Assembly: GCA_964405305.1 (NCBI GenBank)
Contig: CAYONL010000001.1
Location: 6,167 to 51,757 of the forward strand
Direction: 5' to 3'
From: an uncultured Oscillospiraceae bacterium
GTDB taxonomy: Bacteria; Bacillota; Clostridia; Oscillospirales; Ruminococcaceae
Length of the DNA: 45,591 nt
Below, one piece after another: positions 24,083 to 31,608 of the stretch (positions within the stretch are counted from its first letter, which is position 1; every line of letters begins with the position of its first letter). The notes beneath the pieces were generated by a model. The model was not told where the DNA came from. It did not search any database and worked only from the letters and a program-made list of their open reading frames with translations. A program made the translations under genes and the position numbers.

Positions 24083-26053
24083 CTATCCTTCAATTACGTA
24101 GTACATAAGCTGTTTTTCATCGTCGCCGAACTGGTAGCAATAAAGATAAGTCATATCGTCCACCGAATACGCCTTGCGAACTATGAGTCCCGCGTAGTTT
24201 ATGCCGCTGACCTCCACAATAAGGCGCATCTGGGAATTGGTTTCAAACACTATGTTGGAAAACGCCGTGGGCTTGCGGTTGCGGATAAAACCTATCGCCA
24301 CGCAGTCGCCCAAAGAAGGCGGGTCGTTGTTCTCGTACTCGTTGGCGTTCTCCAGCGGAACAGGCGCGTCGCCGTTGAATACGATAACGGAGCTGACCTG
24401 CACCTTGGTTTTATCCAGATCCTTCTCCGCCTGCCAGACGCCCGTGTCCACCTCATAATACAGAGTATAGGTCGTCTCGATAAAGCTCGGCGTGGTGCTG
24501 GGCGCTGTGTCGGCCGAGGAGGAGGAGGACGATCCCTCCGCCACCGCAGACCCTGACGAAGCCTGCCCCACCGAGGAGGACGACGACTGGCCGGATTGCG
24601 ACGATGTGGCTCCGGATGCCGGCGCTGACGATGCGGACGAGGATGAACTCGGAGCGTTGGAGCCCGCGTCCGTCACCTCCCACGCACAGTTTTCCGCGAA
24701 CAGCTCCGGCAGCCTTGCGCCCAGCTGATGTATCGTCTCGCTTCCCGCCGCCGCCGCGAAATCCGGTATGCCGGTTCCGCCGATAATTATGGGCGAGGAG
24801 CCGGACGACGCGCTACTCTGCTGGGACGAACTTTGCGACTGGGAGGAACTTTGCGACTGTGAGGACGAGCTTGATGAACCGTCGCCCAAAACCGCGCCGC
24901 TTTGCGAGGACGGAGGAGACACCACCGTGCCATCGCCCGTTGTCACAGAGCCATCCGGGAAGAAGAAGAAGCTGTTCCCGCCGCCCGTCTGTGCCGTAGT
25001 GGTGTTCTGCTGCTCATAGAGCTTGACCGCGCAGTTTACCGTAAGCGCGCACCCGGCCTGCTCATACACGAACACGCAGTCGGAGGCGGTGTAATAGATT
25101 ATCGGCGTCTCCGTAAACGCCGCGCCTATGTCCTCCAGCGTCGCATGCATCAGCGAGCGGTAGTTTATCGTTCCGCCGTACATGGCGCCGGTATAAAGCA
25201 GCTTGCCAGATTCGCTGTAAAGCGAGCCGGTGCCCTGGGCCGCGCCCTCGAAAAACTCTCCGATATATTTGGCCACGCCGTTTTTGTAGTAACAGGTCCC
25301 GGCGCCGTGGTAGCGGCCCTTCATGAACGCGCCCTCGTAGGTCAGCAGGCCGTCCGTGTCGTAGGTCTGGCCCGCGCCCTCGTAAAGTCCGTTCAGGAAC
25401 CCGCCGGTGTAGACCAGCTTTCCGTCCTCGTTGTAGAGCCTGCCCTCGCCGTCATAAAGCCCTTTTAAGAAGCCGCCCTCGTACTTGATCTTGCCCGACG
25501 CCGGGTAATACTGTATCCCGGAGCCGCTGTACTCATTGTTCAGGAACCCGCCGATGTATACCATGCGCCCCTGTCTGTCGTACAGAGTGCCGGTGCCGGT
25601 GGCCACGCCCTTTACCACGTCGCCGGTGTAAACCACCTTTTTGTCGGCCGATTTTATATTCGCCACGCCCTCGAAATCCTTGAGAGCCATGTCGTTATAC
25701 ATGTATTCCACATTTGTGACCACCTGCTCCGTCGTCTCCGGCACCTTTGGTATGGCCGGCATATACATTGTAAACAGGATGAAGATTCCGGCGCAGATGA
25801 TCAGCACAACGGTCAGGAACAGCTTTTTGTATACGTAGCGTTTCCCGATCTTGTAATAGTCCTTCCAGGATTGGGGTTTCAGCGTGATTAAGGACTTTAC
25901 CTTTTTGGTAACCGGGCTTATGAGCTTCGCCGTTATCACGTTGAAGTTCAGCGCACGGCCTATCTTTACGATAAGCAGCCTGAACGGCGACGTGATTGCC
26001 GTTATAAGCCGTTTGAACGCCGAACCCAGCAGTTTGAACACCTGGCTCACCAC
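24083..26053 (-). CDS. Bitopic membrane protein with MORN repeats, two poly-Ser tracts and a C-terminal globular domain
   Basis: 656 aa. Lys/Arg-rich N-terminus of about 77 aa, TM helix LFLTVVLIICAGIFILFTMY, then 6-7 MORN-like repeats of about 24 aa. The GTG at 26053 lies inside the SD GGAGG, so the GTG at 26041 is a plausible alternative start. Confidence 0.75.
   Translation of the reverse strand: MVSQVFKLLGSAFKRLITAITSPFRLLIVKIGRALNFNVITAKLISPVTKKVKSLITLKPQSWKDYYKIGKRYVYKKLFLTVVLIICAGIFILFTMYMPAIPKVPETTEQVVTNVEYMYNDMALKDFEGVANIKSADKKVVYTGDVVKGVATGTGTLYDRQGRMVYIGGFLNNEYSGSGIQYYPASGKIKYEGGFLKGLYDGEGRLYNEDGKLVYTGGFLNGLYEGAGQTYDTDGLLTYEGAFMKGRYHGAGTCYYKNGVAKYIGEFFEGAAQGTGSLYSESGKLLYTGAMYGGTINYRSLMHATLEDIGAAFTETPIIYYTASDCVFVYEQAGCALTVNCAVKLYEQQNTTTAQTGGGNSFFFFPDGSVTTGDGTVVSPPSSQSGAVLGDGSSSSSSQSQSSSQSQSSSQQSSASSGSSPIIIGGTGIPDFAAAAGSETIHQLGARLPELFAENCAWEVTDAGSNAPSSSSSASSAPASGATSSQSGQSSSSSVGQASSGSAVAEGSSSSSSADTAPSTTPSFIETTYTLYYEVDTGVWQAEKDLDKTKVQVSSVIVFNGDAPVPLENANEYENNDPPSLGDCVAIGFIRNRKPTAFSNIVFETNSQMRLIVEVSGINYAGLIVRKAYSVDDMTYLYCYQFGDDEKQLMYYVIEG
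24509..24880 (-). repeat. Ser-rich low-complexity linkers (coding)
   Basis: Translation gives GSSSSSSQSQSSSQSQSSSQQSSASSGSS and NAPSSSSSASSAPASGATSSQSGQSSSSSVGQASSGSAVAEGSSSSSSAD. The DNA is GAG/GAC/GCT-rich simple sequence. Confidence 0.85.
25169..25633 (-). repeat. Tandem MORN-type repeats (protein level, about 24-aa period)
   Basis: YTGDVVKGVATGTGTLY / YIGGFLNNEYSGSGIQYY / YEGGFLKGLYDGEGRLYN / YTGGFLNGLYEGAGQTYD / YEGAFMKGRYHGAGTCYY / YIGEFFEGAAQGTGSLYS / YTGAMYGG. Confidence 0.8.
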
Positions 26054-26081
26054 CTCCGATCATTTAGCGTTTGCGCCGAAG

Positions 26082-28766
26082 TCAGTCCTCCGACGGAATA
26101 TTTCGCTCGCAGGCGAACACGTAGTACCTTGCCACGTTGTCATATTGGTTCTCGCGCAGCACCACCGCGAACAGGTTCTTTGCGTCGTAATAGCGGTGCT
26201 GATGATAAAGCTCCAACGCCCGGTCAAAGGTGTCCTTCGTCTCGTTGGTGAGGCGCGTGACCTCCGGCGAGCTGCTGTCATAGAAATCGTAAAGGCCGTA
26301 CTTTTCGCTGAATATATCGCCGGGATAGCCTATGAAGCGGTTGAAGTAGTGGCCCGAATCCACCTCGCCATACGCGGCGGCGGTAACTATCAGGCGGCTT
26401 GAGAGCTGTCGGAACAGCTCCTCGTGCTCGGTTATGTAGTCAAAATCCTCCGACACCATGGTGGGCACATAGCGGTGCTCGTCGCCGCAGATGCCGTAAA
26501 ACACCTCCGCCTTATGGAGCACGAACAGCACGTCAAGGCGGTTCTGCATCATGCTTCTGGCGTTGTGCGCGTCTATGCGGGACAGGGCCGAAAGCGCTAT
26601 GGTCACGGCGTTGTCCGCTCCTGCCGGGCAGATTATTTTCAGCCTCCGCAAATTCGCGCTGTCGCTGAATATCACCGCGCCGTTTTCATCCGAAACGGAG
26701 TTTACGATGTTGAAGAAGCGGTTGGTAAGCTGCTGTGTCTGCTCCGAACCCAGGTGGTCGCTGCCCAATTTAAGACTGACGCAGAGGACGGTATACCCCG
26801 TCTCCACCGAGCTTCCGAGTTCCAGCTCCGAAAGGTTGTCTTTCCCCAGCAGGCGGAACACCTTTTGCGGTATGAAGCGGAAATATGTCTCGCTTATGCG
26901 CTGCAGGTTGTATATCTGGGCGTCTATGTCGTTGGCCATCATGTTGAACACGCGGATTATGTCGGCCAGCTCGTCTGTGGAGGTGTTTTGCAGCCGGATG
27001 GAGCGGTTGCCCTTTGCAAACTCCTCCAGCCCCTCCTTTATCTTTGACAGCGGGCTGAGCACGCGCATGAATATCAGCGTGAGCACCAGGCCGATCGCTA
27101 TGACGAATACGGCGGAGATGATGCAGTAGTTTCTGAGATACACGCCGGTGTAGCGGCTGACGTTGGAGGTCAGTATGCCCGTTTCAAACAGGTACACCGT
27201 GTCCGCGCTGGAGCCTCCTATAGGAGTTACGCAGGCCAGACGCTCTCCGTTCAGGTCGCTTATCACGCCCTTTTGCGTCGCGCCGGTGTAGGCCGCCTTC
27301 ATATAAAGGTTTATGGCGTCTATGTTCAGCGCCACGCCGAACGGATAATAACAGGGCAGATCGTTGTCCACGCCGGTATAAAGCACGCCCTTCTCGTAAT
27401 ACCCGCTGCGGGTGTATATCTGGCGGGTGTTCATCTGCTTGATAAGATACTGATACGCCTCGCCCGAATGGTCATAGGGATACTCTATCTCTTCAAAACT
27501 CTCCGTTCCGAACAGGGCCGTGAGCATGTTGCCCTCGTCCTCCACCTGCTTGGAAAAACTCTGGTCTATGGACTGGCTGTAGCTTGAGTATGAGAAGAAG
27601 CCGAACGCCACCAGCGCGACTATCAAAAGCGGCACCGCGCTGAACACCAGCTTGATGAGCAGCGTGCGGCTGTTGGCTATGAGGACCGCTATGCCCCTTA
27701 TGAGCATGAGCACGCCGAATATCGCCAGCGCCCCGCCTATGAACCAGAGCGCGAAGGAGCCTATCCTCGCTATGGCGGATTCGCGTATGCCCGTTATTAC
27801 GGCGGCCCTTCCGGCCGAGCTCATTATAAGCTCGAACCGGTCGCCCTCGGTCGATACGGCGGCGGCGATAAAGTTCTCCGGGTCCGTCATCGACATGGCC
27901 ACTATGTCCTGCGGCGAATATTGGGACAGGCCCACAAAGGGTTCCGTGCCGTTTTTAACTATGGCGGTTGAACCGTCGGCGAGCTTCAGGATGGACATGT
28001 TGCCGCTCTCCTGCTCGCCTATATAGACAGTGTCGCCGTCTATCGGCGCTATGTACATGGCGTACATCAATGTCTCCAGCGTGCGGTTGGGATAGACCTC
28101 ACGGGCCTTTTCATCCTCCGCCGCGTAAAACACCTTGCCCGAACCGCTTATGCAGGCCTCCCCCTGACCCGCGGGAACGGCGTAAGCCACGCCCTCCGCG
28201 CTGTCTATGTCGTAGACCCACTGGTTCTTCTGGGTTATGCTTTTTTTGCTGAGCACGCTGTCTATGTCGAAGGACTGGCGGTTGAGCTTTGTTCCGCGGC
28301 CGGAGTACCCGGTCAGCGTGAGCGAGCCCGAAAGCGACATCCAGCGGTAGGATACCCCGTCCTCGTTTTCCAGCGAGTGGCTCTGCACCCGCTTGAACAT
28401 CAGCCTTGACAGGTTGTAAACGTCCAGCATCTGATACTGCTCGTCGCCGCTGTAGCGGTCGCAGACGTTTTTGAGCACGTAGATATTATTGTCGCTGTCC
28501 ACCGCCATGTCGAGCACGGAGATAATATTTCCGCCCTCATACCGGGAGAAGCTGGTGCTGTTCCGTATGACTCCGTTTTCGTCGATCATGGTCAGCTTTA
28601 TCTTCCCGCCGTCGTACTCCGCCACCGCGGCGCCGCCGTTTTTGCCTATTGCGATATCCGCAATGTTTGTAACGTCGTTCGACACAAGGACGAAGTTCAT
28701 AAGTATCGAGACGCACAGGGCCGCGGTGACCGCCAGAACCAGAAGCATTTTTGTGGTATTTTTCAT
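26082..28766 (-). CDS. Four-TM sensor-like protein: two extracytoplasmic domains, HAMP, class III cyclase-like (probably degenerate) domain, helical C-terminus
   Basis: 894 aa. GGGAGGG SD. TM helices at about aa 7-28, 336-362, 369-392 and 546-568. HAMP-like SPLSKIKEGLEEFAKGNRSIRLQNTSTDELADIIRVFNMMANDIDAQ. The cyclase-like entry YFRFIPQKVFRLLGKDNLSELELGSSVETGYTVLCVSLKLGS has Ser where the F-x-D-I-x-G-F-T metal Asp is expected. Confidence 0.65.
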   Translation of the reverse strand: MKNTTKMLLVLAVTAALCVSILMNFVLVSNDVTNIADIAIGKNGGAAVAEYDGGKIKLTMIDENGVIRNSTSFSRYEGGNIISVLDMAVDSDNNIYVLKNVCDRYSGDEQYQMLDVYNLSRLMFKRVQSHSLENEDGVSYRWMSLSGSLTLTGYSGRGTKLNRQSFDIDSVLSKKSITQKNQWVYDIDSAEGVAYAVPAGQGEACISGSGKVFYAAEDEKAREVYPNRTLETLMYAMYIAPIDGDTVYIGEQESGNMSILKLADGSTAIVKNGTEPFVGLSQYSPQDIVAMSMTDPENFIAAAVSTEGDRFELIMSSAGRAAVITGIRESAIARIGSFALWFIGGALAIFGVLMLIRGIAVLIANSRTLLIKLVFSAVPLLIVALVAFGFFSYSSYSQSIDQSFSKQVEDEGNMLTALFGTESFEEIEYPYDHSGEAYQYLIKQMNTRQIYTRSGYYEKGVLYTGVDNDLPCYYPFGVALNIDAINLYMKAAYTGATQKGVISDLNGERLACVTPIGGSSADTVYLFETGILTSNVSRYTGVYLRNYCIISAVFVIAIGLVLTLIFMRVLSPLSKIKEGLEEFAKGNRSIRLQNTSTDELADIIRVFNMMANDIDAQIYNLQRISETYFRFIPQKVFRLLGKDNLSELELGSSVETGYTVLCVSLKLGSDHLGSEQTQQLTNRFFNIVNSVSDENGAVIFSDSANLRRLKIICPAGADNAVTIALSALSRIDAHNARSMMQNRLDVLFVLHKAEVFYGICGDEHRYVPTMVSEDFDYITEHEELFRQLSSRLIVTAAAYGEVDSGHYFNRFIGYPGDIFSEKYGLYDFYDSSSPEVTRLTNETKDTFDRALELYHQHRYYDAKNLFAVVLRENQYDNVARYYVFACERNIPSED

Positions 28767-28783
28767 CTGTCAGCCCTCCCGCC

Positions 28784-29680
28784 CTAAATATCTTCATCGC
28801 CGAGATATACCTCGCCGATGTTCTCCATGCCCGCGTACATGACGTTCTTCTCTATGGCCCGGCTCGCGTTCAGCCGCGCCGCCAGCTGGTAGATCAGGAA
28901 ACCCAGCGTTACGGTGATTATCGCCACCACGAAAAGCGTCATGGAGTGATCCTTTATCCACTGCCAGAGGTCCTTGCACTTTTCCCAGAAGGCCCGCCAG
29001 CCCGTAAAAAGCTCCCTCGGCTCGTCCGGCAGAGCCTTTACAAAGGTAAGGATGCCGGAAAACGAGCGAAAGTCGCGGTTTTGGGTCTTTTTATAAAGTA
29101 TTTGCAGCTCGCTGGGGTAGCTGTCGAGATCCCCGGCGTACTTTGCCTCAAATACGCGCGAGAGCAGTTCAAACACCGTCTGCCCCACGTCGTGGTAAAA
29201 CTGGGAGTTATCCAGCTCCGGGTTCCAATTTTTAAAATCAAGAAAGTAGTTGAAATACACCGAGCGGTCGCTGTTCACGTTTATGTTCCGGTCATCCATC
29301 AGCAGTATGCCTACGGAGCCGGTGATCTGCGTTTCCGCGCACGCTATGAGCAGGTTTTCGGCCATCTCCTTGCGCTGGGCAAAATTGGCGGCGTACATCT
29401 GCTCGTGGGTGGAGAGGCGGTTTTCCGGCCTGTAAAGGAACACCAGACAAAATTCCTCTCCTCTTGTGAACGAGCCTATGAAGTCGCTGTTGCTTGTAAA
29501 CAGCCCCTCGGCCCCTATAAGCTGCGCCAACTGGCGGCGGACCGGCGGAGACGTGATCGAAATAAGCGTATAGAAAACATCCGTCGTGCGGTTTTTATCC
29601 ACACAAACAATTATCTCGTTAACTTCATTGCGCATAACTGTACGCACAGCCTCGAGCTTCATGTTCAGCGCTTCAATCAA
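28784..29680 (-). CDS. C-terminally anchored membrane protein (about 245-aa cytoplasmic domain, one TM, about 30-aa tail)
   Basis: 298 aa. TM helix MTLFVVAIITVTLGFLIYQLA near the C-terminus, preceded by the Trp-rich amphipathic stretch FTGWRAFWEKCKDLWQWIK. The start is uncertain (TTG 29680 or ATG 29662). No family recognised. Confidence 0.6.
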   Translation of the reverse strand: MIEALNMKLEAVRTVMRNEVNEIIVCVDKNRTTDVFYTLISITSPPVRRQLAQLIGAEGLFTSNSDFIGSFTRGEEFCLVFLYRPENRLSTHEQMYAANFAQRKEMAENLLIACAETQITGSVGILLMDDRNINVNSDRSVYFNYFLDFKNWNPELDNSQFYHDVGQTVFELLSRVFEAKYAGDLDSYPSELQILYKKTQNRDFRSFSGILTFVKALPDEPRELFTGWRAFWEKCKDLWQWIKDHSMTLFVVAIITVTLGFLIYQLAARLNASRAIEKNVMYAGMENIGEVYLGDEDI

Positions 29681-29733
29681 GCAGTTCTACCACCCATCCG
29701 ACCGCGTTCCGTTTACCGCGCGGTTATTTTACA

Positions 29734-31551
29734 TCACTCGGTCTCTTTTTCTTTTTTCTTCTTCTGCGTAACTATGGCAAAGGCGTGAGTATAGATCGTG
29801 GGATCGGACAGCGCCTCCACCCTGATCTCATATACGCCCTCTTTGGCCGGCGCCGTATACACACCGTTGTTGTCCACTCGTCCGCCCTCGGCATCCAGCA
29901 GCTTGTAGCTGCACGCCTCCGTCGGCATGTTGATGAACACGGGCTTGATGTGCGCGGTGGCCTTGGGCTGCAGCACAAAGGTATCGGGATTTATCATTAT
30001 CATCTTCTCGCCCTCGTGCTTCGGCTTCAGCTTCTGGTTCACCTCGCCCAGACGGAAGGCGTACCAGCGTATGCGCAGGCTGATGAGATCCGTGGCTTCG
30101 TTCGGCCTGACGCCGACAACAAAGGTTCCGCGCTCCGGCAGCACCTTTACCGCCACATCCAGATTATAAAGCCGCTCCTCGTCGTCCAGCCTGTCGTCCG
30201 CGAATATGGTCGCGTCACCCAAAACTATCTCCGACGTGGTGGAGCGCTCGTCCGCCCGCAGATACTCTATGCCGATATCCACATACACCGGGCCTTTGCC
30301 GAGCCCATGCATGATCTCCTCTGAAAACAGCGGCTGGTGAGGCGCGTAACCGAGCCCCAGCGGAAAATCGAACACACCGCAGGCCGTAAGCTTCGCGTTA
30401 TCGCCGATCTCGGCCGCCGCGGGCACCTTTGCAACCGCCTCTGTCATCGCCGCGGCCTGTACCGGAAGCGCGCGCCCGGCCGCCGGATAGTAGCCCGCCA
30501 GCTGGTGCAGCATCATTAGCTGCTGGGCGTTGTAGCAGTACTGGGCGTAGGGCGACGGCGCTATGCTGTCGATTATGACGGAGTTTTTCTGCCTTATCAG
30601 GTTTATCTTCGCTATCCAAAGCCGCTCGTCATACGTGTCGCCCAGCGTCTTATCCATGGACTTGTTGTAGTAGCTGCTTATGTAATAGGAGGTGAGACCG
30701 CTTTCCACCGGACGCAGCGTCACATCAATGTTCTGCTTTACGGTGAAGTTTTCGTCGTTCTTTTGAATGGCGAAGCCCGAAACCGTCATGGTTACGGAGC
30801 CGCCCGCGCCCCATATGTAATCCTCCGGCGTGAAGAAGTTTTCAATGGCGTGGCTCTCTCCGCAGGCAAGGCGCAGATTGTTGGCCACCACGGCTATTCC
30901 CGGGCCTCCGCTCTTGCTGGTAAAGCCGGGCGCGTTCAGGTTGTAGGCAAAGGAAAACTCCCCCGTGCCCGGAGACAACCTGCTGATCACCGTTCTTACG
31001 GCTATGTCGCTGCCTCTGACCACGACCTTGGGAGAAAGCTGCGCCACCTCCACATCCGGGTCAGAATAAAGCACAGTGCGCTCAATGAACTCATCCATGG
31101 GCGAAGCGATCTTTGCGACCACGTTTTCGTCCAGCAGCATCAGCTTGAACGTCTCGCGCACTCTGTTGTGCTGAACTCCGGCGTTCTCTTCGCTCATTAC
31201 GCTGTAGACCTCGTCCACCGGCTGCTCGTCATACGCTATGCCGAGATACGCCGTGGAGGTCGAGAGCTGGCCGTACCCCTCTATGGTGGAGAGCTTGACG
31301 ACCTGGGTCTGGCCCACCACCACCTCGCGGCCGGAGGCATCGAACGCGCACCCTGCTTGCAGGATGATCGAGGCGTCGTCCGCCATGATCACCCCAAGCC
31401 CGGCCACTACACCATTCGCCCCCGTCACGCGGTTCACGAAACGGCGTTTGTCATTTATGTAGCGCTGTTCGGACTCAAAATCCTTCGCGGTCAAGAGTTT
31501 ACCGAAATAGTACCGGTTGCGCTCAAATGGGAAATATTTGCGGTTTAGCAT
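29734..31551 (-). CDS. Conserved hypothetical CIS-associated protein with a C-terminal Ig-like module
   Basis: 605 aa with no TM helix. The N-terminus FPFERNRYYFGKLLTAKDFESEQRYINDKRRFVNRVTGANGVVAGLGV resembles a motif I recall from hypothetical proteins in phage-tail-like clusters (unverified). The C-terminus YKLLDAEGGRVDNNGVYTAPAKEGVYEIRVEA looks Big/Ig-like. Confidence 0.55.
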   Translation of the reverse strand: MLNRKYFPFERNRYYFGKLLTAKDFESEQRYINDKRRFVNRVTGANGVVAGLGVIMADDASIILQAGCAFDASGREVVVGQTQVVKLSTIEGYGQLSTSTAYLGIAYDEQPVDEVYSVMSEENAGVQHNRVRETFKLMLLDENVVAKIASPMDEFIERTVLYSDPDVEVAQLSPKVVVRGSDIAVRTVISRLSPGTGEFSFAYNLNAPGFTSKSGGPGIAVVANNLRLACGESHAIENFFTPEDYIWGAGGSVTMTVSGFAIQKNDENFTVKQNIDVTLRPVESGLTSYYISSYYNKSMDKTLGDTYDERLWIAKINLIRQKNSVIIDSIAPSPYAQYCYNAQQLMMLHQLAGYYPAAGRALPVQAAAMTEAVAKVPAAAEIGDNAKLTACGVFDFPLGLGYAPHQPLFSEEIMHGLGKGPVYVDIGIEYLRADERSTTSEIVLGDATIFADDRLDDEERLYNLDVAVKVLPERGTFVVGVRPNEATDLISLRIRWYAFRLGEVNQKLKPKHEGEKMIMINPDTFVLQPKATAHIKPVFINMPTEACSYKLLDAEGGRVDNNGVYTAPAKEGVYEIRVEALSDPTIYTHAFAIVTQKKKKEKETE

Positions 31552-31608
31552 CGGCTCATCCTGCTTTCTTGTATATTATTCAGCTTTGTTCTGCACCATG
31601 TTCAGCGT

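Noticed and set aside
24509-24880. Simple-sequence DNA that could be mistaken for a tandem repeat or CRISPR-like array.
   Set aside because: It is in frame within the MORN protein gene and encodes poly-Ser/Gln linkers. It has no regular repeat-spacer structure and there are no cas genes.
25695-26063. 122-aa minus-strand ORF starting at an ATG just upstream of the MORN gene start.
   Set aside because: It is out of frame with, and nested in, the MORN gene. Its ATG precedes the SD rather than following it, and its translation is Gly/Ala/His-rich with no motifs.
26082-28766. Calling the 894-aa protein an active adenylate or guanylate cyclase.
   Set aside because: By-eye alignment suggests the first metal-binding Asp of the F-x-D-I-x-G-F-T motif is replaced (VSLKLGS). 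I therefore report only a cyclase-like, probably degenerate domain until a proper profile alignment is run.
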